From assembly GCF_036323395.1 (NCBI RefSeq), contig NZ_AP028907.1, forward strand, positions 1,680,001-1,712,000: 32,000 bases of DNA. Direction: 5' to 3'. A program made the translations under genes and the position numbers. Every line of letters starts with the position of its first letter. Positions within the stretch are counted from its first letter, which is position 1. The DNA is from Pyrodictium abyssi (GTDB lineage Archaea; Thermoproteota; Thermoprotei_A; Sulfolobales; Pyrodictiaceae). Positions 8,186 to 15,252 of the stretch are shown here, one piece after another. The notes under the pieces were generated by a model. The model ran no database searches and had not been told where the DNA came from. It worked only from the letters and a program-made list of their open reading frames with translations.

Positions 8186-9919
8186 TTATGGGAACTGCCA
8201 GTCCTTGGGTATCTCTCCTACTATCTCCACCGCCTTGGCCAGCTCTGGGTCCGCCTTCACCTTGCTTATGATGTAGTTCACCGCCTCCTCTGGCGTCATC
8301 TCGCCGCGCAGCACCTTGTCCACGGCGTCAGCGAATATCTTGGCGAGCTGCGGGTACTGCGGGTGTATCGGTGTCAGGTGTGTATATGCTAGCATCTTGC
8401 TCGCGCTAGCCAGGAACTCTATGTTTATCTCGTTGACAGTCGCCTTCACAATATCTGCTATCGCGTTCTTCACCTCGGGGCTTAGCTCGACCTCTAGCTT
8501 GGCTAGCTTATCCACCCAAGTTTTGTCGGATATTAGCTGCTCGGCTGCCTTTCTCACCGGTAGGTGTGCGCTTATGATGCTGTGTATCGCGTTTAGGTCC
8601 GGGTCGCTAGCCTTCACTACTAGCAGGAATGCTAGCATCTGGTAGACGTCGTGCAGCTCGTCGTACTTGGGGTTGTCCTTGCCAGCGTTGCTAGCTATCA
8701 TCCACACGAATGGCTGGCTGAGCGTCACGGGCTTGTCGCCGGGGTCACCGGCGGCGAAGAGCGTGTAGTAGAAGTACTTCTTCACCTCCTCGGCTGTTAG
8801 CGGCCTCTGCTCACCAGTCTTGGGGTCGGTGTAGTAGGGCTTGGTCTGCCACTCTGTCCAGTGCCAGGTGCCGCCTATCCATATCAGGGTCTTGCCGCTG
8901 ACAGTTGACGGGTGTATCTGCTTACCCCAGTCCCAGCTCATCATGTCCTCTGGTATGAGCTTGTCGCGCGCCATCTTCCACTCCACGTAGAGCCACTTGT
9001 AGACCGCTGGCACGTCTAGGACGAGCTTGCCTGTCTTGGGGTCGCTTAGCTTGCCGCCGAAGGCGTAGATGAACTGTATTAGGTCTGGGTGGGCGCTACC
9101 CTTACGGTGTAGTACTCCCCACTCGCTGCACCCGGTCTCCACGGCTAGCTTGGCGTAGCGGTAGATGTCGTGCCAGGTTACCTCGCCCTTCTGTATCTTC
9201 TCGGCTAGGCCTGTCAGTATGTCCTCGCCGGTCTTCTCCTTGATGCACGCTGCTACGTCGGTGCGCCAGTATAGAGGCCGCGCCTCAGTGTCTTGTGGCA
9301 CACCGTAGTACTTGCCCTTGTAGCGGACTGCGCCAAGCAAGCTCTGGTAGAAGTCGTTGAGGAAGTCGCGGTACGCCTCAAGGTACTGGGTTATGTCCAG
9401 GAGATAGCCCTCGTCGGCGAACCTTGCTATGTGCTTGTAGCTGTTAGCCATTATGTCGGGGTTAGCCTGGCTCTGGAAGGCCGCAGCGAAGTCCTCTGCC
9501 AGCTGGTCGCCGCCGCCGCGCTTGAACTTCTGCTCCACGGTTATCTTGAAGTCTACGCCATGCTTCTCTAGTATCTTGTTGAGCCTGTAGGCCGCCTCCA
9601 CGACGGCTAGGGTCCTCAGCACGCTGTTGGGGTCTCCAGCGCCCCAGACGGTGTACTTGGCCTCATGTATCCCCTGGGAGGCAAGGTACCGGCCTATAGC
9701 GACTATGTCCTGCTCTATGTTCCCGGTGAGCCTAGGCTTCTCGGGCTTAGCCTGCGCCGCCGGCTGTGCGGCCGGCTGGGTAGCCGGCGACGCTGGAGAC
9801 GTCTCCGCGGGGGCGGCTGGCTTCTCGCCTCCACGGAGGAGGAACGCGGCGCCGACCACCACGAGGAGGATGACTATGCCTGCTATGACTAGGCTCGTGC
9901 GCTGGGCCACGACTGTCAC
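8186..9919 (-). CDS. Extracellular solute-binding protein (family 1) of the ABC operon, membrane-anchored
   Basis: 577 aa with a GTG start. An N-terminal TM anchor (LVIAGIVILLVVVGAAFLL) is followed by an Ala/Pro/Gln/Thr-rich linker (PAAPAETSPASPATQPAAQPAAQAKPEKP), then a Trp/Tyr-rich SBP-like body. It is the first gene of the SBP-permease-permease-ATPase string. Confidence 0.85.
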   Translation of the reverse strand: MTVVAQRTSLVIAGIVILLVVVGAAFLLRGGEKPAAPAETSPASPATQPAAQPAAQAKPEKPRLTGNIEQDIVAIGRYLASQGIHEAKYTVWGAGDPNSVLRTLAVVEAAYRLNKILEKHGVDFKITVEQKFKRGGGDQLAEDFAAAFQSQANPDIMANSYKHIARFADEGYLLDITQYLEAYRDFLNDFYQSLLGAVRYKGKYYGVPQDTEARPLYWRTDVAACIKEKTGEDILTGLAEKIQKGEVTWHDIYRYAKLAVETGCSEWGVLHRKGSAHPDLIQFIYAFGGKLSDPKTGKLVLDVPAVYKWLYVEWKMARDKLIPEDMMSWDWGKQIHPSTVSGKTLIWIGGTWHWTEWQTKPYYTDPKTGEQRPLTAEEVKKYFYYTLFAAGDPGDKPVTLSQPFVWMIASNAGKDNPKYDELHDVYQMLAFLLVVKASDPDLNAIHSIISAHLPVRKAAEQLISDKTWVDKLAKLEVELSPEVKNAIADIVKATVNEINIEFLASASKMLAYTHLTPIHPQYPQLAKIFADAVDKVLRGEMTPEEAVNYIISKVKADPELAKAVEIVGEIPKDWQFP

Positions 9920-9937
9920 CCTTACCTAGAACTGCCG

Positions 9938-9946
9938 TATATATAG
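9938..9946 (-). promoter_or_regulatory. TATA box for the ABC transporter operon
   Basis: The plus strand reads TATATATAG, in an AT-rich divergent intergenic region. It lies about 20-27 nt upstream of the GTG at 9919. Confidence 0.5.
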
Positions 9947-10085
9947 GACATGGCTGAAATAATTAAGCGTTATCATTTTCCGCCCATGGACTGAGCTACA
10001 CCGTACTCCCAGCTTCTAACGGGATAGCTCCCCGGGCAGTGCTACGGGGGATGCTTACCTGACGCGAGGAGCCGGCTCGCTAGGC

Positions 10086-10093
10086 TTTTATTA
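10086..10093 (+). promoter_or_regulatory. TATA-like box for thrC
   Basis: TTTTATTA lies 22 nt upstream of ATG 10115, which is leaderless geometry. Confidence 0.45.
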
Positions 10094-10114
10094 CAGCGGG
10101 CAGCAGGAGTGGGC

Positions 10115-11389
10115 ATGGCGTGGGAGTTTGGATACGCGGCAGGCGATGCCCTTGGATTCGCGCATGAGGTAGAACTTTACTGCATCTCCTGCGGGGAGAG
10201 GTACCCGCCGCACCCCAGGCTGACACGCTGCACCCGCTGCGGCGGGCTCCTCGACGTAAGGGTGGCACCTAGGGAGCCCCCGTCCTGGCGGATATGGGAG
10301 CAGCGCAGGCCAGGGGTGTGGCGGTACTGGGAGCTACTACCAGCAGTCAGCGACACTAAGCCAGTGACGCTGGGCGAGGGCGCTACGCCGCTAGTGGAGC
10401 TCGAGCGTATAGGCCGGATGCTGGGGCTGAGGAGGCTCTACGCTAAGAACGAGGGCCAGAACCCCACCGGGAGCTTCAAGGACCGCGGCATGACCGTAGC
10501 GGTATCGCTGGCTAAGGCTATACGCGCGCGTGCCCTCATCGTGGCTAGCACTGGCAACACGGCAGCCAGCGTCTCAGCGTACGCTGCACGCGCCGGGCTG
10601 CGGAGGATAGTAGTGGTGCCGCGGAGAAAGACAGCGCTGGGCAAGCTGGCGCAGAGCGTACTCTACGGCGCAGACATAGTCGAGATCGAGGGAAGCTTCG
10701 ACGCGGCCCTCAAGGCCGTCATGACGGCTGTGGAGGAGGACCCGAGGCTCTACCCGCTGAACAGCTTCAACCCGTGGAGGCTCGAGGGCCAGAAGACCCT
10801 AGCCTACGAGGTCGCCGAGGCGCTGGGAGGCGAGCCGCCCGACTGGGTGGTTGTGCCCGTCGGCAACGCGGGCAACATATCGGCGATATGGAAGGGGTTC
10901 AAGGAGCTCTACCGCTACGGGCTGATAACCAGGCTCCCCCGGATGGCCGGGGTGCAGGCTGAGGGCGCTGCCCCGCTGGCGAGGGCGTGGCAGAAGGGCC
11001 TAGACAAGCCGCTGTTCGTCGACAAGCCGGAGACACGCGCCACAGCGATAAGGATCGGCCACCCGGTGAACTGGCCTAAGGCCATGCGCGCTGTGAAGGA
11101 GAGTAACGGCGTCTTCACCATAGTCAGTGACGAGGAGATCGTCAGGGCTCAGGCGATGCTAGCACGGCTCGAGGGCGTAGCGGTGGAGCCTGCTAGCGCC
11201 GCGAGCCTCGCAGGGCTGATGCGGCTCGTCGAGGACGGCGTCATAGCGCCGGACGAGACCGTAGTGATAGTGCTGACGGGCCACGGGCTGAAGGACCCAC
11301 AGGCCATGCTCGAGGCTGGCGCGAGGAGGTACGTGGCGGGAAGCCCCGAGGAGGCTGTGAAGATAGTACTAGGGCTCGCCGAGAGCTAG
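10115..11389 (+). CDS. thrC: Threonine synthase
   Basis: PLP-lysine motif GSFKDRGMTVAVS. N-terminal zinc-ribbon CxxC...CxxC (YCISCGERY...RCTRCGG). STGNTAAS and GNAGN motifs. The track start is GTG 10109; ATG 10115 is preferred because of the TATA spacing. Confidence 0.9.
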   Translation: MAWEFGYAAGDALGFAHEVELYCISCGERYPPHPRLTRCTRCGGLLDVRVAPREPPSWRIWEQRRPGVWRYWELLPAVSDTKPVTLGEGATPLVELERIGRMLGLRRLYAKNEGQNPTGSFKDRGMTVAVSLAKAIRARALIVASTGNTAASVSAYAARAGLRRIVVVPRRKTALGKLAQSVLYGADIVEIEGSFDAALKAVMTAVEEDPRLYPLNSFNPWRLEGQKTLAYEVAEALGGEPPDWVVVPVGNAGNISAIWKGFKELYRYGLITRLPRMAGVQAEGAAPLARAWQKGLDKPLFVDKPETRATAIRIGHPVNWPKAMRAVKESNGVFTIVSDEEIVRAQAMLARLEGVAVEPASAASLAGLMRLVEDGVIAPDETVVIVLTGHGLKDPQAMLEAGARRYVAGSPEEAVKIVLGLAES

Positions 11390-11449
11390 GGGCTAGACCC
11401 CCGGCATCCGGCAGCGCAGCCGAGCCACGAGCCGAGGCGCCGTTTTACC

Positions 11450-12337
11450 TCATCCACCCTGTACGATGTGCTGCGGCCGGGCATCGGCGCGGACTGCTAC
11501 CCGTTGTCCTCCCCCCGGGCCCTCTGCGTCCCTTCTGCCTGCTGCTTCTACGCGGCGTGTGTAGAGGAGGTAGCCCGTGTGGGCTATCATCGTGGTGCGT
11601 GGCCGGAGCGCGTCGCAGCGTGGCTCGTACTCGCGGAGTAGGACCTCGTAGACCCTGTTCTCTGCCCATCCCCCGTGGAGCTCCAGGGCTGCGAGGAGCC
11701 GGGCGACCTGGTTGACCGCCGGGAGGAAGAAGACCACTCCCGCGCCCGGCCGGAGAGCCCGGTGCAGGACGGGCAGTACAGCCCACGGGTCGGGCATGTC
11801 TACCACGGCTGCGTCTAGGCCCTCCTCGTCTACGCCGAGCCTGGCGTCCCGGTGCTTGAGCTCCACCCGGTCTAGCAGCCCCACCGTCTCTAGGTTCCGC
11901 CTAGCGGTCTCGAGCATGTCGCGCCGGATCTCATAGCTGTACACCCTGCCCTCGGGGCCCACGGCGCGGGCTAGGACTATCGTTGTGTAGCCGCTGCCTA
12001 CGCCTATCTCTAGGACACGGCTCCCCGGCTCTATGTCTAGGAGCATCAGTATGAACCCGTGGTCCTTCGGGTATATGACCTGGCTGCGGCGCCGCAGCCC
12101 CCTCTCCATGTAGTCTACCAGCCGCGGCTGGAGCACCAGCGCCTCGACACCACTGCTGAGCCGGACCCGGGAGCCGTAGCGGAGCCCCAGGAGGTCGTCG
12201 TGCCGTAGTACGCCCCGGTCGCTGCCCTGGACCCGGCCGCGCCCAACGCGGAATATGAAACGCCTCCTCTCGTCCACCACAAGCAGTACCGGGCAGCCCT
12301 CGCAGACTACGTCGCGGCAGCACTCCTCCCCCGCCAT
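11450..12337 (-). CDS. trmI: tRNA (adenine-N1)-methyltransferase, TrmI/GCD14 family
   Basis: 295 aa. QVIYPKDHGFILMLLDIEPGSRVLEIGVGSGYTTIVLA (SAM motif I), VVDMPDPW and a C-terminal RPRTTMIAHTGYLLYTRR are typical of the GCD14/TrmI fold. Confidence 0.85.
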   Translation of the reverse strand: MAGEECCRDVVCEGCPVLLVVDERRRFIFRVGRGRVQGSDRGVLRHDDLLGLRYGSRVRLSSGVEALVLQPRLVDYMERGLRRRSQVIYPKDHGFILMLLDIEPGSRVLEIGVGSGYTTIVLARAVGPEGRVYSYEIRRDMLETARRNLETVGLLDRVELKHRDARLGVDEEGLDAAVVDMPDPWAVLPVLHRALRPGAGVVFFLPAVNQVARLLAALELHGGWAENRVYEVLLREYEPRCDALRPRTTMIAHTGYLLYTRRVEAAGRRDAEGPGGGQRVAVRADARPQHIVQGG

Positions 12338-12426
12338 CCCCGTCTCGGCCCCAGGGAGCCACGTGCACGGCGCCAGGGCTGTATAATACCCGCTGGCCCC
12401 TCCAGAGGAAAGCTAGAGGCTTCAAG

Positions 12427-13044
12427 GTGCCACTGGGCTTGGATCCCGTAGACACGGGGGCCGGGGAGGGCGGAGGCCCACTGGGCAGTATGCGCCGCCA
12501 GCTGGGGAGGCCAGTGGTCCTGGCGGCTGCTGTGCTCGCCGCAGCTGCTGCCGCTGTCCTGCTCATGGGCTCCGGAGGGGGCTCCGACGGCCAGGCGGCT
12601 GTGGGCGGGCTGTTCTACCCGGAGACGCTGCCGGGCGGCTACAGCGTCGAGAAGGTAGTAGCGGGCGACGAGGCCCTAGCAATGGTCAAGGGTATACACT
12701 GGGAGCCGGGCATGGTTAGGGCTGAGAGGGCGCTCATAGTGGTCTACAGCGACGGGACACGGCTCTGGATAGTAGATACGGGCGGGGACGCCTGCGGCCT
12801 CGTGGCCAGGATGGCTGAGAAGATGAGGATGTACCAGGACCGGCTACCGTACACGGCGCCGGTAGAGCACAGTATAGGCGGCACAACGGTCTACATGTCG
12901 CTAGACAAGAGGGACGGCCGGCTCCACGTCTTCTGGTGCCGCGGCAGCCTAGCCGCCTGGGCGGAGCTAGGCGCCTCCGCCTACACGGGCCAGGGCGCCG
13001 CGCTAGAAGTGCTGAGCGCGCTCATACAGGGCGTCCACGCCTAA
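12427..13044 (+). CDS. Hypothetical membrane-anchored/secreted protein
   Basis: 205-aa ORF with a GTG start. The alternative ATG 12490 gives MRRQLGRPVVLAAAVLAAAAAAVLLMG, a signal/anchor-like N-terminus. TATAATA at 12381-12387 lies upstream. No family recognised. Confidence 0.6.
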   Translation: MPLGLDPVDTGAGEGGGPLGSMRRQLGRPVVLAAAVLAAAAAAVLLMGSGGGSDGQAAVGGLFYPETLPGGYSVEKVVAGDEALAMVKGIHWEPGMVRAERALIVVYSDGTRLWIVDTGGDACGLVARMAEKMRMYQDRLPYTAPVEHSIGGTTVYMSLDKRDGRLHVFWCRGSLAAWAELGASAYTGQGAALEVLSALIQGVHA

Positions 13045-13060
13045 GCAGTCTAGGCGCAGA

Positions 13061-13337
13061 CCCCCCGGGCTGGAGGAGTTAAGAGGCGGGCCCGGTGCTC
13101 CAAGCCAGCCTGGGGCGTGATGAACGCGCCGGAAGCGAACCCCGGACCGAGGCGCCCAGCAGCATCTGCGGCAAATAGGGCGCTGATGGCGTAAGCCGGG
13201 TTGGCTGAACCCCGGTCCTCTACGCCTCCTCGCCAGCGCTTCTCCGCGGAGGAGACGCGGCCCTGGTGATACTCGGGGATTCACTAGCCCCTAGGCCGTA
13301 ACCCCCAGGGCCGCTGCTGTAAGGAGGCTCTCCGGGG
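13061..13337. ncRNA. Candidate structured RNA(s) with k-turn / box C/D-like motifs; family and strand unassigned
   Basis: A 300-nt gap contains only Arg/Pro-rich shadow ORFs. Nested complementary segments: 13063-13068/13332-13337, 13070-13086/13217-13236, 13152-13157/13178-13183, and 13259-13266/13305-13312. Motifs: GTGATGA (13117-13123), CTGATGG (13183-13189), CTGA (13205-13208), and a GGC-GTAA-GCC tetraloop hairpin (13188-13197). Confidence 0.35.
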
Positions 13338-13344
13338 ACTAGCC

Positions 13345-13716
13345 GTGAGCGTGAGCATACAGGCTGCTGAGGCGCGCCACCCAGTAGCCCCGGGCCTACC
13401 CCTCGACAGGGCAGCCGAAGCCGCCTGTACAGCCGCGGCGGCCGCGGAGCATGAGTTCGAGGGGGACGTCTGGCTCCGGCTAGAGGAGATGCTCGTAGGG
13501 GAGCGGTTCACCGGCCTAGCCTGCGTGGAGTACGAGAACGGCCACACCCTAGGCCTCGCCGTCGTCGACGGCGTCGTGTTCGGCGCCTTCCTCGAGGACC
13601 CCGCCGGGGCCCCGGCGTGGGGCGAGGCAGCCGTGGCCGAGGCGGAGGCGCTCTGGGGCCCCGCCGTGGTGAGGCTAGCCCCTCTCAGCCTCGCCGAGCT
13701 AGAGGCAATAGCCTAG
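13345..13716 (+). CDS. Hypothetical protein (Ala/Glu-rich)
   Basis: 123-aa ORF with a GTG start. The C-terminal two thirds (WLRLEEMLVGERFTGLACVEYENGHTLGLAVVDGVVFGAFLED...) look protein-like. Its stop shares a CTAG with the convergent protease gene. No family recognised, and the 5' part could instead belong to the adjacent RNA region. Confidence 0.45.
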   Translation: MSVSIQAAEARHPVAPGLPLDRAAEAACTAAAAAEHEFEGDVWLRLEEMLVGERFTGLACVEYENGHTLGLAVVDGVVFGAFLEDPAGAPAWGEAAVAEAEALWGPAVVRLAPLSLAELEAIA

Positions 13717-14618
13717 CCCCAGGAGCCGGTGCGCCAGGCCAGCTTCTCTAGGAGGTAGAGCCTGTAGCCGGGCCGGGGGTGCGGGTTCACGAGGAACGCT
13801 ACGCCTCGGCCCCCGCGGGGCCGGAGGCACCGCAGCGTGTCCAGGTAGGCTCTGGCCAGCCGGGGCTTCTCCGGCCCCGCACCGGTTATCCTGTAGAGCG
13901 CCGATATGCTCCACGCGCCCGCCGCTTCTAGGGCGTAGATGTCCGCTAGGTGCTCCCATGCCCAGCTAAACTGCACCCAGGAGACCCCGGCAGCCAGGAG
14001 CACGGCAGCGGCCAGGGCTACGCCCACGGGGCCTTGCTGGAGGAGGCTGGCCACGCCCGTCGCGAGGGCTGAAGCAGCCACAGCAACCACGACGACGAAG
14101 ACCGTGGAGGGGACCGGGCGCAGCGCCTCCAGGTGGCCAACCTCGTGGGCCACTATGGCTGCTGCCTCCTCTGGCGCTAGCCGCTGGTAGAGCCCAGTGG
14201 TCGCGTAGACCCGGCCGGTGATGGCTACTGTGAACGCAGTGGGTATGGGCGAGGAGAGGATGGACACCCTGTGGACCTTGCCATGTATCCCGTATAGCAG
14301 GTTGTCCACGGTCCGGCGCCCGAAGTGGTAGTTGAGGACCATGTATGCGCCGGCTAGCGCCGGGAAGGCGAGCGATAGCGTAATCTTGTCGAAGTCTCCT
14401 ACGCCGCCGGTGAGAAGCATCATCGCCGTAACCGCCGAGAGCATTAGCATCCTTAGCCTCCTCCACGCCCCCTGGGGGTTGCTACGGGCTACGTACACGT
14501 ATGCCGCCGGCAGTAACGCCGAGACAGCCAGCCCCATGTAGAGTAGGGGTTCGCGCATACCCTGCACCGCCACGCCGCTCAGTACCGTCGTACAGCGTTC
14601 TGGCCCCCGGGCCGACAC
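13713..14618 (-). CDS. Membrane zinc metalloprotease, M48/HtpX-like (HExxH)
   Basis: 301 aa with several TM helices and AAAIVAHEVGHLEA (HExxH) after a TM pair. The alternative start ATG 14558 (MREPLLYMGLAV...) is plausible. Confidence 0.75.
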   Translation of the reverse strand: MSARGPERCTTVLSGVAVQGMREPLLYMGLAVSALLPAAYVYVARSNPQGAWRRLRMLMLSAVTAMMLLTGGVGDFDKITLSLAFPALAGAYMVLNYHFGRRTVDNLLYGIHGKVHRVSILSSPIPTAFTVAITGRVYATTGLYQRLAPEEAAAIVAHEVGHLEALRPVPSTVFVVVVAVAASALATGVASLLQQGPVGVALAAAVLLAAGVSWVQFSWAWEHLADIYALEAAGAWSISALYRITGAGPEKPRLARAYLDTLRCLRPRGGRGVAFLVNPHPRPGYRLYLLEKLAWRTGSWG

Positions 14619-14665
14619 GGCTGCTATAGCTGCTGTGGCTTCTGCTCCTCAGCCCCTGGGGCGAC

Positions 14666-14691
14666 AGCTAAGAGGCTATAGCCTCTTAGCT
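14666..14691. promoter_or_regulatory. Perfect 26-bp palindrome in a divergent promoter region (candidate operator)
   Basis: AGCTAAGAGGCTA|TAGCCTCTTAGCT is a 13+13 perfect inverted repeat with no spacer. It lies between the protease start (14618/14558, minus strand) and ATG 14749 (plus strand). Confidence 0.6.
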
Positions 14692-14748
14692 TCCTCCTAC
14701 GAAGGGTATAGCTGGGCGCGGACCACGGTAGGCGAGCGGTGAAGCGGC

Positions 14749-15252
14749 ATGGTGGATGAGCAAGGCATAGAGCCTCGTATAGAGAGGCTGCTGGCGTCGC
14801 TTGAGAAGATAAAGCAGCAGCTAGAGGACATAGCGCTCGACGAGATGAGCGAGGCGCGGGCCTACAGCAATATGGCGCGCGTGTGCTACGAGGATAATGC
14901 CCGCTGGAACCTGTTCCTCATAGCCATGGACAGTATAGTTCACCAGGAGATAGCGTGGGCACTGATACGCGCGATAAACGAGATACAGGTGATGGCTAAG
15001 GAGCTGCTTAGCCACCGGCCACGGCGCGAGGACATGGGCCAGGTGGTCGACCTCGTGGAGATACACAAGAGCATCGAGGACCTGGCTAAGTCCAGCTACG
15101 AGGGTCTACTCCACCTAGCCGAGCCGGGGACAACCCTCCGGAAGCTCCTCGAGCTCCTGGTCGAGGAGGAGAAGAAGCACGAGCAGCTAGCAGTAGCCAC
15201 GGTGAAGAGGCTGCGCAGCGTGCTCCAGGAGAGGGAGGGCGGGGAGAGCTAG
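14749..15252 (+). CDS. Hypothetical all-helical protein (possibly a ferritin-like four-helix bundle)
   Basis: 167 aa with an ATG start. Long amphipathic helices, with Glu/His positions (EARAY, VHQE, EIHK, EEEKKHE) loosely reminiscent of di-iron bundle proteins. The assignment is weak. Confidence 0.65.
   Translation: MVDEQGIEPRIERLLASLEKIKQQLEDIALDEMSEARAYSNMARVCYEDNARWNLFLIAMDSIVHQEIAWALIRAINEIQVMAKELLSHRPRREDMGQVVDLVEIHKSIEDLAKSSYEGLLHLAEPGTTLRKLLELLVEEEKKHEQLAVATVKRLRSVLQEREGGES

Noticed and set aside
11931-12566. 211-aa minus-strand ORF spanning the trmI 5' region and the divergent promoter
   Set aside because: It overlaps trmI in another frame and crosses an obvious promoter region. It is extremely Arg/Pro/Gly/Ala-rich, so it is a shadow ORF.
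13045-13344. Assignment of the structured region to SRP (7S) RNA or RNase P RNA
   Set aside because: For SRP RNA I looked for the helix-8 signature (a GNRA tetraloop flanked by the symmetric-loop AGCA motif) and found no convincing match on either strand. For RNase P RNA I looked for the CR-I GAGGAAAGUCC element and found none within about 400 nt on either strand. The minus-strand AACCCGGCUUAC resembles the CR-V/P4 region but sits in a local hairpin with no CR-I partner. Only a covariance-model search can settle this.
13003-13547. Two minus-strand ORFs (93 aa and 87 aa) covering the gene-free region
   Set aside because: They are Arg/Pro/Ser-rich with no motifs. The region is better explained by extensive RNA-type base pairing.
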